From the NCBI GenBank assembly GCA_026418175.1, contig JAOABX010000001.1:68957-132956 (forward strand): a DNA stretch of 64,000 nt, in the 5' to 3' direction. This document shows positions 39,273 through 50,616 of this stretch, in pieces (the first letter of the stretch is position 1; each line of letters opens with the position of its first letter). This DNA comes from Flavobacteriales bacterium. Lineage in GTDB: Bacteria; Bacteroidota; Bacteroidia; CAIKAF01. Under the pieces are notes generated by a model. It searched no databases, was not told the DNA's origin, and worked only from the letters and a program-made list of their open reading frames with translations. A program made the position numbers and the translations under genes.

Positions 39273-40289
39273 TCAGGATGTTTTTACACGCAAAAAAGCA
39301 TGTGCTATTTCCAAGCCTTTGATTTGCATAGAAACATAGTTATGTAATGTTTCATAATTGCCCTGTGCATATTTCAAAAACCCGGATGCTTGACCATAAA
39401 TGGCTGGAGTTTTAATTTTTTGGATGTAATAATAACCGTCTAAGAAATTTCGAACACCGCCTGAAATAATCACTTCATTGCAGCATGCTTGTCCCATGAG
39501 TTCGTCTAAAATACGGTTAGTTAAATGAACCATTTCTTCGGCAGTGTGGCCAATCAGTGCCAATGGTTCATATAATTCTTTTACTTCAGGCTTGGCTCGT
39601 AATAGTTCCAACATGGCAAAGTTAGTGCCTCCGTGTGCACCAAAATCAATAGCCTGTAAGGGAAGTTTAAATAACTCTTTTAGGCTATGATACCCCATAC
39701 CCTGGCCAACTTCTTTTACAATAACTGGAAAATTTACAGCATCGAGCACCCGTTTTATGGTAGTTAGTGAGTCATGGGCAAATCGGTCTCCTTCGGGTTG
39801 TAACCATTCTTGCATTGGGTTAACATGAATAATTAACCCATCGGCTCGAAGTCGGTGAACCAAATCAATGGCTTTTTGAAGTTTATTTGAAGCAATTAGC
39901 TCTTCTAGTTGAGCTATACCAAGGTTTGCATAAAATGGTAAATCTTCACCGATAATATCCCGAAGGTCAAAATCTGAAAAATAGGTATTATCATCCAGGA
40001 TTATCCGGCATGAACCTAGCCCCATACCTAATCCGAATTCATGGCAAGCCCTTGCCAGATTGCGATTGATGATACCGGCTTTTTGAGTGCCACCGGTCAT
40101 GCTGGAAATCCAAATAGGAGCCTTGAGTGTATGGTTTAAAATCTTAATTGGGCGGAGGCCGCCTTGAGGGTGAGCTGAAAGTAAGGGTTCGTAAAAAAAA
40201 CGATGGTCTGTTTGGGTTACCTGCGATTCAAAAGCTAAAGCAATATGATCATGCTTGCGGTTTTCTGTTACAGATGTTTCTTCTGGCAT
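39273..40289 (-). CDS. fni: Type 2 (FMN-dependent) isopentenyl-diphosphate Δ-isomerase
   Basis: 338 aa TIM-barrel with the IDI-2 N-terminus NRKHDHI and SSMTGG motifs. Confidence 0.85.
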   Translation of the reverse strand: MPEETSVTENRKHDHIALAFESQVTQTDHRFFYEPLLSAHPQGGLRPIKILNHTLKAPIWISSMTGGTQKAGIINRNLARACHEFGLGMGLGSCRIILDDNTYFSDFDLRDIIGEDLPFYANLGIAQLEELIASNKLQKAIDLVHRLRADGLIIHVNPMQEWLQPEGDRFAHDSLTTIKRVLDAVNFPVIVKEVGQGMGYHSLKELFKLPLQAIDFGAHGGTNFAMLELLRAKPEVKELYEPLALIGHTAEEMVHLTNRILDELMGQACCNEVIISGGVRNFLDGYYYIQKIKTPAIYGQASGFLKYAQGNYETLHNYVSMQIKGLEIAHAFLRVKTS

Positions 40290-40453
40290 AATTATAGGTT
40301 ATCGCTGCAAATAATAGAATAGAAAGAAACAATATCAAAAATTAAACCAAAATTGTTGAATGGTTTCATTTTCCTAGATAATTTCAGTATCATAATATCT
40401 AATGTATTCATTTCCTGAATGGTTTCGACAATATTGTTATTTTCGTACCCGCG

Positions 40454-41473
40454 ATGAGACCCCGGTTAAAGATAGACATGCATACGCATATCCTGCCGAA
40501 GGAGCTCCCTGATTTTGCTAAAAAATTCGGATATGATGGGTTTATACACTTGCACCATCACCGCCCAGGGTATGCTCGGATGATGCAAGGAGAAAAGTTT
40601 TTTAGGGAAATTCAGGAAAATTGTTGGGACGAAAAAGTGCGCATACATGAATATGCACAATTTAATACCCAAGTTCAGGTGGTTTGTACAATTCCGGTAA
40701 TGTTTTCCTACTGGGCGAAACCCCATGATTGCCTGGAATTATCGCGGTTTTTAAATGACCATATTGCTGATATAACATTTCACTATCCCAAAAACTATAT
40801 TGGCTTAGGCACCATTCCCATGCAAGATGCAGAATTAGCCATAAAAGAACTGGAGCGTTTAAAATATGAATGCAAAATGCCCGGTATTCAAATCGGGTCC
40901 AATATCAATGATAAAAATTTAGGGGAAGATGAATTTTTCCCCATTTTTGAAGCCTGTCAGGCATTAGATATGGCTGTTTTTGTGCATCCTTGGAACATGA
41001 TGGGCCAGCAGCACATGGCTAAGTATTGGCTTCCCTGGCTGGTAGGTATGCCGGCAGAAACAGCCCGGGCCATAGCTTCATTAATTTTTAGCGGAGTGAT
41101 GGAACGACTACCAAACCTAAGATTTTGTTTTGCTCATGCCGGTGGCTCTTTTGTTCCAACCATTGGCAGGCTGGAGCATGGGTTTAATTGTCGGCCCGAC
41201 TTGGTAGCGATTGATAATCCGGTCAACCCTAGAAATTATCTGGGACGGTTTTGGGTTGATTCGGCAACCCATGACCCGGATTTGTTAAAATATATTCTTG
41301 ATAAAGTAGGAAGTAAAAAAGTTTGTCTCGGTACTGATTATCCTTTTCCTTTGGGAGATTTGGAAATAGGGGCTTTTATAGAAAAAATGAATCTCCCGGA
41401 AGAAGTCCTTGATGATATTTTTTTTAGATCAACGCTTGAATGGTTAAAACTTCCGGTTGAAAATTTTTTATAA
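40454..41473 (+). CDS. Amidohydrolase-2-family decarboxylase (ACMSD-like)
   Basis: Metal-binding HTHILP at the N-terminus and an overall ACMSD-like arrangement (IDMHTH...H...D). Confidence 0.6.
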   Translation: MRPRLKIDMHTHILPKELPDFAKKFGYDGFIHLHHHRPGYARMMQGEKFFREIQENCWDEKVRIHEYAQFNTQVQVVCTIPVMFSYWAKPHDCLELSRFLNDHIADITFHYPKNYIGLGTIPMQDAELAIKELERLKYECKMPGIQIGSNINDKNLGEDEFFPIFEACQALDMAVFVHPWNMMGQQHMAKYWLPWLVGMPAETARAIASLIFSGVMERLPNLRFCFAHAGGSFVPTIGRLEHGFNCRPDLVAIDNPVNPRNYLGRFWVDSATHDPDLLKYILDKVGSKKVCLGTDYPFPLGDLEIGAFIEKMNLPEEVLDDIFFRSTLEWLKLPVENFL

Positions 41474-41559
41474 GCAACATTAATTAAAAAAATTATCAAC
41501 ATCCCTTTATCATCCATTACCTCCTTTTTAACTTCGAAAGCAGTTTAAATTTTATTGTC

Positions 41560-42192
41560 ATGAAAAATAAAGCATTATTACTGTTCTTCTTAACCCAGGC
41601 CGTAGCATTGATGGCTCAAAAGGGCTCTAAATCGTTTCGCGATGATTTTGATGACAATAAAAACCAATGGCCTATCCTCAATAATGAATACTTTAAAACC
41701 GAAATTGCTGATGGCAAATACGTTATTTATTTTAAACAAAAAGAAAAAGTAGATAAGAATTATTTTGTGAAATATGATATAGTTTCTTTGCAGAAACCTT
41801 TTGTTTTAGAAGTGCGCATCAAACAATTAGAAGTCAAGAATGCAGAAATGCCCAATACGTATGGTTTAGTTATAGGCGAAAAAGACCGAGGCAATTCGCA
41901 TTATTTTACCGTTTCGCAAAGCGAAAAAGTAAGTACCTGGTACTATTTGCAAATGCACAAGTATGCACTTATTAAACGCATGCCTGTATTGGCTAATACC
42001 TTTCAAAAAGAAGACCCGGCCGGTACTAAATTTTTGGTGAAGTTTATTGATGGCCACTTGTATTTTTATATCAACGATGAGTTTTTAGGCAAACTACCCA
42101 AGCCCGATTTCTGGATGGGTTCTGGTGTGGGGATTTATGTAAGCAGTGGAATGAAGCTTGCCGTAGATTATATTGAGATGAAAGAATTGTAA
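41560..42192 (+). CDS. Secreted hypothetical protein
   Basis: Signal peptide MKNKALLLFFLTQAVALMA. No recognisable family. Confidence 0.4.
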   Translation: MKNKALLLFFLTQAVALMAQKGSKSFRDDFDDNKNQWPILNNEYFKTEIADGKYVIYFKQKEKVDKNYFVKYDIVSLQKPFVLEVRIKQLEVKNAEMPNTYGLVIGEKDRGNSHYFTVSQSEKVSTWYYLQMHKYALIKRMPVLANTFQKEDPAGTKFLVKFIDGHLYFYINDEFLGKLPKPDFWMGSGVGIYVSSGMKLAVDYIEMKEL

Positions 42193-42227
42193 TTTTTGTT
42201 TAACACAGCTCTACAAAAATTTATTTT

Positions 42228-43583
42228 TTATGCAGTACCTAAGGCTTGCTTATAGGTTGTGAGTGCACGTTCACGAGCTGTTTTGTGATCAACTATAGGT
42301 TTTGGATAACTGAAACTGTCAATTTCCTTTACCCATCGTCGTATATATATACCTTTGGGGTCAAACTTCTTTTGTTGTTCTATGGGATTGAAAATACGAA
42401 AGTAAGGAGCTGCGTCGCATCCGGTTCCTGCAGCCCATTGCCAGTTGCCGTTGTTGGAGGCAAGTTCAAAATCTAACAACTTTTCTGCAAAGTAAGCTTC
42501 CCCCCATCGCCAGTCAATCAATAAATGCTTACACAAAAAGCTGGCGGTTATCATTCGTACCCGGTTATGCATAAATCCAGTTTCATTCAGTTCACGCATG
42601 CCGGCATCAACCATGGGGAAGCCGGTTTCTCCGTTGCACCAGCGTTTGAATTCGCCTTCATTATTCCGCCAGGGAATGGCTTCGTAGGGTTTTTTGAATG
42701 ATTGATTTACAACATGTGGATAATGCCAAAGGATTTGCATAAAAAACTCCCGCCAAATGAGTTCTTTCAGGTAGGTTTCACTGATATTTTTTACATGTGA
42801 TACCAGCTCACGGATACTTATAGTTCCAAATCGCAAATGAATGCCTAGATGTGAGGTGGCATCCAGCGAAGGAGTATTTCGTGTGGTTGCATATTCGCGA
42901 ATAATTTTATCAGGCACATGTTCAGGCGGAAATACGATGTAAGTGGTTTCAAAACCGATGCTTTTTAAATCGGGCATGGGCATCGGAGGGCTTTCAGCCA
43001 GGTTGTGCAGATATTTTTCTACCGGATAGGGTTTGATGTAAAATGTATTTAGTTTTTGTAGCCAAGCCCGGCTGTATGGAGTATAAACCGTATATGATTT
43101 ACCGGTAGAACTTAACACTTCATCTTTTTCGAAAATTACCTGGTCTTTCCAGGTATAAAATTTTACTCCCCGTGATGCTAACAGGGTTTTAATCTTTTCA
43201 TCTCGGTGTATGGCATAAGGCTCATAATCATGATTAGTATGAACTTCTTTTATGGAATGATTTTGTAATAGTTTTTCCCAAACTTCTTCCGGTGAGCCAT
43301 TTTCTATCCATATGTCAGCTCCTCTCTGATGTAATTGTTGTTTAATGCGTTGAAGTTGAAGGTAGATAAAATTCACCCTGGCATCGGCTCGGTTATTAAG
43401 TTTGGAAAGAATATTTGTATCAAAAATAAATATTAACTGAACCGGATAAGGGCTTTTAAGAGCGTGGTATAATGCTGCTTGGTCGTGCAAACGCAAATCA
43501 CGTCGAAGCCAGCAAATTGTTATTGGCGTAGATGATTTCATGTTGAATAAATGCAAAGGTGAAGGTTTTTGTTCATGAATCAT
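42228..43583 (-). CDS. Cryptochrome/photolyase-family protein (DASH-like)
   Basis: N-terminal α/β domain (WLRRDLRLHDQAAL) and FAD-binding domain (GFMHNRVRMITASFL...W.W..G..YF...L.D.....N.G.WQW). The true start is possibly at MKSS (43541). Confidence 0.85.
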   Translation of the reverse strand: MIHEQKPSPLHLFNMKSSTPITICWLRRDLRLHDQAALYHALKSPYPVQLIFIFDTNILSKLNNRADARVNFIYLQLQRIKQQLHQRGADIWIENGSPEEVWEKLLQNHSIKEVHTNHDYEPYAIHRDEKIKTLLASRGVKFYTWKDQVIFEKDEVLSSTGKSYTVYTPYSRAWLQKLNTFYIKPYPVEKYLHNLAESPPMPMPDLKSIGFETTYIVFPPEHVPDKIIREYATTRNTPSLDATSHLGIHLRFGTISIRELVSHVKNISETYLKELIWREFFMQILWHYPHVVNQSFKKPYEAIPWRNNEGEFKRWCNGETGFPMVDAGMRELNETGFMHNRVRMITASFLCKHLLIDWRWGEAYFAEKLLDFELASNNGNWQWAAGTGCDAAPYFRIFNPIEQQKKFDPKGIYIRRWVKEIDSFSYPKPIVDHKTARERALTTYKQALGTA

Positions 43584-43668
43584 TGAATGGAAATTAGATT
43601 TTCACTCTGGATAGACATCCCGAAAATACTTTGTATATTGTACCTTTGCATATTATGACAATAAAGGC

Positions 43669-45111
43669 ATGATACGATTTGATGAATTTGACACTCCAAC
43701 TGACGATACTTGGTGGGAAGTCGTTAAGAAAAGTGTAAAAAACCCGGATGATTTACATCGCATGATTCATGAAAAAGCTGGTGGACTGAAACTTAATTCC
43801 CTATACCGCAAACATTCACTGAATGCTATTCAACCGTTGCAGGTTCCTGTGGTTTTCGATAAACCAAAAGTTATACAGCCGATTTATATTCATAAAGTTG
43901 TGGCGGCAAACCAGGCTGCATTGCATGCATTAGAAAACGGGGCAGATACCATTTTGTTTACAGGGCCCGATCTGCCAACCCCTAATGAATGGGTGGCACT
44001 CATGAAAGGAATTCATCTTGACTGGTTTGAACCTGAATTTGACTTGGGGGAATCAAATACTGCGTTATTTTTTCATTTGTTGAATGAGTATCAACAATTG
44101 GATATATCATTTTCCAATCGTCGAGGTGCTATTGCAATTGACCCAATTACTCATGCATGGCTCACCGGAAATTTTGAATATTCGAGGGATGAAAATTTTA
44201 AGGTTTTAGCTACTATTTTGGATGTAGCACGCGAACAAATGCCTGGCTATCGATTGTTGCATGTAAACAGCTATTTGCTACGCGATGCCGGTGCTACTGC
44301 AGTTCAGGAGCTGGCTTGTACGTTATCTCACCTCGCCGAGTATTTGGATTATTTTACCAATAGAGGTTGGAATGCCCATGATCTTTTCGCTAAAATGCAA
44401 ATAAATGCCGGAACTGGTGAAGATTATTTTACTGAGATTGCTAAGTTTAGAACCTTACGTTTTTTATTAGCAAAATTTGCGGAAGCCTATCAGGTGAATA
44501 ATATCAAAATACATGTTACTGCCATAACTACCCGCAGAAATAAGACAGTGTATGATATACACAATAATGTGCTTCGTGCATCATCTGAAGCTATGGCAGC
44601 GATTATAGGTGGTTGCAACGGAATTTGTATATGGCCATACAACGAAACATATCAATTACCTGATGAGCAAGCTTATCGCTTATCGCGAAATATTCCGCTG
44701 ATATTAATGCATGAAGCTTATCTAGATGTAGTGGCCGATCCTTCAGCCGGTTCGTATTACCTGGAAGTACTTAGCAGAAAAATGGCAGATGCCGCCTGGA
44801 GTTTGTTTCTTGAAATAGAAGGGAAAGGAGGATATATAAAGGTATTGGAAGAAGGTTGGATTCAGGAGAAAATTCAAAAAGAAGCTGCCAAAGCCGAAGA
44901 CGCCTTCCGTCAGGGGACTCAAGTATTGGTGGGCACCAATAAATATGTTAATAAGCAGGAAGTAAAAATGAATGATGTTGCACGCCCGTCGGATAATTTA
45001 TTCCTTAAAGAAAATCGAATAATACCGGTAATGAAGTTAAAACGCCTTTCTGAAAAGTTAGATGAAGAACGTATGCGCCTTGAACGACAAAAAGAAGAAA
45101 AACTGAATTGA
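43669..45111 (+). CDS. Methylmalonyl-CoA mutase small (β) subunit
   Basis: 480 aa with a mutase-like barrel and no B12-binding domain. Immediately precedes the large subunit gene. Confidence 0.65.
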   Translation: MIRFDEFDTPTDDTWWEVVKKSVKNPDDLHRMIHEKAGGLKLNSLYRKHSLNAIQPLQVPVVFDKPKVIQPIYIHKVVAANQAALHALENGADTILFTGPDLPTPNEWVALMKGIHLDWFEPEFDLGESNTALFFHLLNEYQQLDISFSNRRGAIAIDPITHAWLTGNFEYSRDENFKVLATILDVAREQMPGYRLLHVNSYLLRDAGATAVQELACTLSHLAEYLDYFTNRGWNAHDLFAKMQINAGTGEDYFTEIAKFRTLRFLLAKFAEAYQVNNIKIHVTAITTRRNKTVYDIHNNVLRASSEAMAAIIGGCNGICIWPYNETYQLPDEQAYRLSRNIPLILMHEAYLDVVADPSAGSYYLEVLSRKMADAAWSLFLEIEGKGGYIKVLEEGWIQEKIQKEAAKAEDAFRQGTQVLVGTNKYVNKQEVKMNDVARPSDNLFLKENRIIPVMKLKRLSEKLDEERMRLERQKEEKLN

Positions 45112-45112
45112 C

Positions 45113-47236
45113 ATGAGACCTGATTTTTCAAAAATATCGTTATCCAATCCAATGGGTTCATTCCAAGTGGCTAAAGACACTAAAATTTTTACTACAGCCG
45201 AGGGGATTGAATTGAAACCGATGTTTCAATCGGATGATATAGCTTCGTTTTATCATACTGATTCTTTGCCTGGAATGCCTCCCTTTTTACGCGGGCCGTA
45301 TGCCACTATGTATGTATTAAAACCCTGGACCATTCGGCAATATGCCGGATTCAGTACTGCTGAAGAGTCAAATGCGTTTTATCGAAGAAACCTGGCTGCC
45401 GGACAAAAAGGATTGTCCGTGGCTTTTGACTTAGCTACTCATCGTGGATACGATTCAGATCATCCCCGGGTAAAAGGAGATGTTGGAAAAGCCGGAGTAG
45501 CCATCGATTCGGTGGAGGATATGAAAATCTTATTTGACCAAATTCCACTGAATGAAATGTCAGTATCCATGACCATGAATGGCGCTGTGATACCGATTAT
45601 GGCATTTTATATTGTAGCAGCCGAAGAACAGGGTGTAAAGCCTGAACAATTGAGTGGAACTATTCAGAATGATATTCTGAAAGAATTTATGGTACGCAAT
45701 ACGTACATTTACCCACCCGCAGCTTCGATGCGTATTATAGCTGATATTTTTAAATATACTTCGAAGTATATGCCGAAATTTAACTCCATCAGTATTTCGG
45801 GATATCATATGCATGAAGCCGGCGCCCCGGCTGATATCGAATTGGCTTACACATTGGCAGATGGCATAGAATACATCAAAACCGGTTTAGAGGCCGGATT
45901 GAAAATTGATGATTTTGCACCAAGGTTATCATTTTTTTTCGCCATCGGCATGAATCATTTTATGGAAATTGCTAAGCTTCGAGCTGCTCGATTGTTGTGG
46001 GCTAAACTTGTAAAGTCATTTAATCCCAAAGACGAACGCTCGATTATGTTGCGTACCCATTGCCAAACCAGCGGGTATAGCCTCACGGAGCAAGATCCTT
46101 TTAACAACATCACCCGTACCTATGTAGAAGCAATGGCAGCGGTGTTAGGTGGAACACAGTCGTTACATACCAATTCGCTGGATGAAGCCATTGCTCTTCC
46201 TACTGACTTTTCAGCTCGCATTGCACGAAATACACAACTCATCATTGCTGAAGAAACCGGAGTTACACAAGCCATTGATCCGTGGGCTGGTTCTTATTAT
46301 GTAGAATACCTTACCGGTATGCTAGTAGAAAAAGCTTGGAAACATATTGAAGAAATTAATAATCTCGGTGGTATGGCCAAAGCAATTGAGGCTGGAGTTC
46401 CTAAAATGCGTATTGAAGAGGCTGCTGCACGGAAGCAAGCTCGTATTGACAGTGGAGAAGAGGCAATTATTGGCGTAAATAAATATCCTGTGAATGAGGA
46501 AGTGAAACTCGATATTTTGGAGGTTGATAATGATAAAGTTAGGCAACAGCAAATTGCCCGGTTACAACAAATTCGGGCTTTACGCAATGAATCGGATGTG
46601 CAGGCTGCCCTGCAGGCTATTACCAATGCTTGTAATAATCAAAATCAAAACTTATTAGAACTCGCAGTAGATGCAGCCCGTAAACGTGCTACCTTAGGTG
46701 AAATTAGTGAAGCTATGGAAAAAGTATTTGGCCGCTATAAAGCACAGATACAAACAATTTCCGGAATATATGCCAAAGAAATAAGTATGGATGATGAATT
46801 TATGGAAGCCCGACGGCTTGCCGATGAATTTGCAGAAAAAGAAGGGCGCCGTCCACGAATTTTGGTTGCAAAAATGGGACAAGATGGTCACGACCGTGGA
46901 GCTAAAGTTATTTCTACATCGTTTGCTGATATTGGTTTTGATGTGGATGTTGGACCCCTATTTCAAACCCCTGCAGAAGTGGCTAAAATGGCTGTAGAAA
47001 ATGATGTGCATATTGTGGGTGTATCTTCATTAGCAGCCGGGCATAAAACCTTGGTTCCAGAGCTGATTGAAGAACTTAAAAATGCGGGGCGTGAAGACAT
47101 TTTAGTGATTGTGGGAGGGGTAATTCCATCACAAGATTATTCGTTTTTATTTGATCATGGAGTAGCTGCTGTGTTTGGGCCTGGTACTCGTATTCCAAAA
47201 GCAGCAATTCAAATTCTAAAATTGATGCTCGATTAG
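45113..47236 (+). CDS. scpA: Methylmalonyl-CoA mutase large (α) subunit
   Basis: 707 aa with a TIM-barrel substrate domain and a C-terminal B12-binding domain ([19 protein letters not shown]). Confidence 0.9.
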   Translation: MRPDFSKISLSNPMGSFQVAKDTKIFTTAEGIELKPMFQSDDIASFYHTDSLPGMPPFLRGPYATMYVLKPWTIRQYAGFSTAEESNAFYRRNLAAGQKGLSVAFDLATHRGYDSDHPRVKGDVGKAGVAIDSVEDMKILFDQIPLNEMSVSMTMNGAVIPIMAFYIVAAEEQGVKPEQLSGTIQNDILKEFMVRNTYIYPPAASMRIIADIFKYTSKYMPKFNSISISGYHMHEAGAPADIELAYTLADGIEYIKTGLEAGLKIDDFAPRLSFFFAIGMNHFMEIAKLRAARLLWAKLVKSFNPKDERSIMLRTHCQTSGYSLTEQDPFNNITRTYVEAMAAVLGGTQSLHTNSLDEAIALPTDFSARIARNTQLIIAEETGVTQAIDPWAGSYYVEYLTGMLVEKAWKHIEEINNLGGMAKAIEAGVPKMRIEEAAARKQARIDSGEEAIIGVNKYPVNEEVKLDILEVDNDKVRQQQIARLQQIRALRNESDVQAALQAITNACNNQNQNLLELAVDAARKRATLGEISEAMEKVFGRYKAQIQTISGIYAKEISMDDEFMEARRLADEFAEKEGRRPRILVAKMGQDGHDRGAKVISTSFADIGFDVDVGPLFQTPAEVAKMAVENDVHIVGVSSLAAGHKTLVPELIEELKNAGREDILVIVGGVIPSQDYSFLFDHGVAAVFGPGTRIPKAAIQILKLMLD

Positions 47237-47259
47237 TGTAATTTATACACTATGCCTTC

Positions 47260-47901
47260 ATGGATGTAATTTTACAAGGAATATTGGTTGGCTTGGTGAT
47301 GAGTGTTGGTGCTGGCCCGGTGATGTTTGCTTTGATTCAGACTTCTCTGCGGGAAGGTTTTTGGCGAGCCATGATATTTGAAATAGGTGTAATTTTGGCT
47401 GATGCTTCATGCATTACAATTGCTTTTTTTACGTTTGGTCGCCTACTTAATAATCCTTTGATTAACAATTATATCTTATTGGCAGGTGGCCTTGTATTAA
47501 TTGTTTTGGGGGTAAGCAATTTTAAAGGTAAAACAGCCCGTTTGCGTGCAGCTCGCGAATTTTTAAGGGGAAAACAAACTCATGGAGGATTACTCATCGT
47601 TCAGGGGTTTTTGTATAATCTGCTTAATCCTTCGGTAATTTTGTTTTGGCTGGGAGCAGTAACGTTAGCTGCTGCCAATTTTGAAGGGAATCGTTCACTG
47701 ATGATTCAGCATTTTAGTGCTACGCTCACAACTGTTTTTTTCTTTGATACTCTTAAAGCATTTTTTGCCCATACGGTTCGAAAATTCATAACCCCTAGAT
47801 TTATGATGTATTCAACTCAAACAATGGGTGTGATTTTTATTTTGTTTGGCACAGGGCTAATAATTAGAAGCATTATTTCACTTATAAATTTTTACAATTA
47901 G
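47260..47901 (+). CDS. LysE/RhtB-family amino-acid exporter
   Basis: 213 aa, six transmembrane segments, LysE-type N-terminus. Confidence 0.7.
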   Translation: MDVILQGILVGLVMSVGAGPVMFALIQTSLREGFWRAMIFEIGVILADASCITIAFFTFGRLLNNPLINNYILLAGGLVLIVLGVSNFKGKTARLRAAREFLRGKQTHGGLLIVQGFLYNLLNPSVILFWLGAVTLAAANFEGNRSLMIQHFSATLTTVFFFDTLKAFFAHTVRKFITPRFMMYSTQTMGVIFILFGTGLIIRSIISLINFYN

Positions 47902-47990
47902 AATTGTTAACTAAACTCCTATGAACAACCATATACATATTATTAAATTCATCTTGTAACTTCTTTGGTTTTTATACCTTTGACATACTT

Positions 47991-49448
47991 ATGAGTGAAT
48001 CAGTGTACGATACATATGAAGTGGTGGTTGGCTTGGAAGTCCATGCCCAGCTGCTTACTGCATCCAAAGCATATTCATCAGATAGTGCTGCATATGGCGG
48101 AGCACCCAATACATATGTTAGTCCAGTTTCGCTGGGTTTGCCTGGTACATTGCCGGTAATGAATGAAAGGGTAATAGAATTTGCTGTTAAGCTTGGGTTA
48201 GCCTGTCATTGTGATATTCGCTACGAAAACCGGTTTGCAAGAAAAAATTATTTCTATGCTGATCTTCCCAAAGGATATCAAATTACACAGCATACTACAC
48301 CGATATGTGAAAATGGATACATAAAAATAAAAGACGATGCAGGCAATGACAAGCAAATTCGGTTGGAACGAATACATATGGAAGAAGATGCCGGAAAAAG
48401 TATGCACGACCAGGATCCCTTCGATACATTGATTGATTTGAACCGTGCAGGTGTACCACTACTTGAAATTGTTTCCCGGCCAGATATTCGTTCATCCAAA
48501 GAAGCATATAATTACCTTACAGAAATACGAAAATTAGTTCGCTATCTAGAGATTTGCGACGGAAATATGGAAGAAGGAAGTTTACGTTGTGATGCAAATA
48601 TTTCTGTACGAAAAAAGGGCGATGCCGCGTTTGGAAAAAAAGTAGAAGTAAAAAACATGAATTCCATTCGGAATGTACAACGTGCCATCGAATTTGAAGT
48701 AAAACGCCAGATTGATGCTTTGGAAAACGGAGAAGTGATTCGGCAAGAAACTCGTACTTTTGATGCAATTTCCGGAAAAACTTTCCCCATGCGGAGCAAG
48801 GAGATGGCACATGATTACCGTTATTTTACCGAGCCAGATTTGCCCCCAGTATTGGTATCAGAATCATACATTGCTAAGGTTAAAAAAACCATGCCCCCAT
48901 TGCCGGATGAATTGTTTCAAAAATATACTTCCCAGCTTGGGCTTCCAGCTTATGATGCGGCTGTGATAACTGAGTCAAAATACGATGCTTTATATTTCGA
49001 AGAACTTATTTCACATACATCTCATATAAAAGCTGCAGCCAACTGGATGATGGTACAAATCAAATCATACCTGAACGAACAGGGAATTACCATTCGTGAA
49101 TTTCCGTTACCACCTGCCAGAATTGCTGCTATTATTGAAATGATAGAGTCTGGGAAAGTAAGTAATAGTGCAGCATCCCAACAAATTTTCCCGGAAATGG
49201 TTGCACATCCTGATGAAGAACCACTTGCTATTGCTCAACGATTAAATTTGATTCAGGAAAGTGATACTCAGGCTATTGAAGCCATTGTTGATTCAGTACT
49301 TGAACGTTTTTCTAATGATGTTATCCGCTATCGCGAAGGGAAAAAAGGGTTATTGGGAATGTTTATGGGCGAAGTAATGAAAGCTAGCGGTGGAAAGGCT
49401 GACCCCAAGGTAGCCTCAGTTATTCTCAAACAAAAACTTGAAGCTTAA
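47991..49448 (+). CDS. gatB: Asp-tRNA(Asn)/Glu-tRNA(Gln) amidotransferase subunit B
   Basis: 485 aa with the GatB N-terminus YEVVVGLEVHAQL and a C-terminal GatB/YqeY domain. Confidence 0.9.
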   Translation: MSESVYDTYEVVVGLEVHAQLLTASKAYSSDSAAYGGAPNTYVSPVSLGLPGTLPVMNERVIEFAVKLGLACHCDIRYENRFARKNYFYADLPKGYQITQHTTPICENGYIKIKDDAGNDKQIRLERIHMEEDAGKSMHDQDPFDTLIDLNRAGVPLLEIVSRPDIRSSKEAYNYLTEIRKLVRYLEICDGNMEEGSLRCDANISVRKKGDAAFGKKVEVKNMNSIRNVQRAIEFEVKRQIDALENGEVIRQETRTFDAISGKTFPMRSKEMAHDYRYFTEPDLPPVLVSESYIAKVKKTMPPLPDELFQKYTSQLGLPAYDAAVITESKYDALYFEELISHTSHIKAAANWMMVQIKSYLNEQGITIREFPLPPARIAAIIEMIESGKVSNSAASQQIFPEMVAHPDEEPLAIAQRLNLIQESDTQAIEAIVDSVLERFSNDVIRYREGKKGLLGMFMGEVMKASGGKADPKVASVILKQKLEA

Positions 49449-49454
49449 TTAATT

Positions 49455-50615
49455 ATGGTACAATTAAAAAAAATATCTATTCATATTTTGAGCATTAGTC
49501 TTTTGGGCGTATTTTTTTTGAGCAATTGTGGAAATAAGCCCAAAGGAAATCCTTCTATTACAGGAACGATTGAAGGTGCAGGCGGACAAACAATATATCT
49601 AGAAAAGCTAGAGCCTCAAAAAGCAATTATTTTAGATAGTGCCAAAATTGAAGAAAATGGGAGTTTTTCTATTTATAAAAAAGCGGGCGAACATACTTTT
49701 TATCAGATACGTGTTGGAAAACAAAAACCGAATAGTTCCATTGCCCCTAATACCAACATCATGGTAATAATTACCGATTCAACCGAAACACTAAAAATTA
49801 CTGCCACATATCCTACCTGCAGTGCTACTTATGTAGTAGAAGGCAGTGAAGAAACTAATCTGCTAAAGGAAATCAATGCTATTGTACTTGCTAATCAGGC
49901 ACGACTTGATTCACTCAACAAAGCGTATCAGCAAAATCCGCAAGCCTTTGATAAAATAAAAGCAACGGAGCTAATGAATACAATTACGGCAGAGCAATCG
50001 GCCAGCATGAAGGCGTTTGTAGAAAAACATCTTGGGAAGTTTGTTACGCTTCAGGCCATTGCAATGCTTAATCCAGATGCAGATTTGAACCTTTTCAAAC
50101 AATCATCAGAACTTCTTAGTCAGAAATATCCCAATAATCCATTTGTATTGAATTTTTCTTCCAGTGTTGCAAGTTTAACCAAGTTAGCTCCCGGCACTAT
50201 TGCGCCTAACTTTACTATTTCTACGCCAGATGATAAGCCCATTAGTTTAAATGATTTTAAGGGCAAGTATGTACTTATTGATTTTTGGGCATCATGGTGT
50301 CGTCCGTGTCGTGCTCAAAATCCGGAGTTAGTGGCTTTGTATAAGAAGTTTAAAGGGAAAAACTTTGAGATTTTCGGGGTGAGTTTGGATCAGAACAAAG
50401 AAGCCTGGATTCAGGCTATTAAGGATGATAAGCTCACGTGGCCACAAGGCAGTGATCTTCAATACTGGAATGCGGCACCGGCAAAACTTTATAATGTAAC
50501 GTTCATTCCTTTTAATTTTCTCATTGGGCCTGACGGTACAATAATCGCCAAGAATCTTACCGGCAAAGCCTTGGAAAATAAATTACTGGAATTGCTGAAC
50601 AGCAAACAATCGTAG
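49455..50615 (+). CDS. TlpA-like thiol-disulfide oxidoreductase lipoprotein (thioredoxin fold)
   Basis: Lipobox LSNCG and thioredoxin motif DFWASWCRPC. Confidence 0.75.
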   Translation: MVQLKKISIHILSISLLGVFFLSNCGNKPKGNPSITGTIEGAGGQTIYLEKLEPQKAIILDSAKIEENGSFSIYKKAGEHTFYQIRVGKQKPNSSIAPNTNIMVIITDSTETLKITATYPTCSATYVVEGSEETNLLKEINAIVLANQARLDSLNKAYQQNPQAFDKIKATELMNTITAEQSASMKAFVEKHLGKFVTLQAIAMLNPDADLNLFKQSSELLSQKYPNNPFVLNFSSSVASLTKLAPGTIAPNFTISTPDDKPISLNDFKGKYVLIDFWASWCRPCRAQNPELVALYKKFKGKNFEIFGVSLDQNKEAWIQAIKDDKLTWPQGSDLQYWNAAPAKLYNVTFIPFNFLIGPDGTIIAKNLTGKALENKLLELLNSKQS

Positions 50616-50616
50616 C

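Noticed and set aside
46297-46891. Several minus-strand ORFs of 65-109 aa inside the methylmalonyl-CoA mutase large subunit, and 48198..48812 inside gatB
   Set aside because: Embedded antisense ORFs with Cys/Ser-rich low-complexity translations. No support for real genes.
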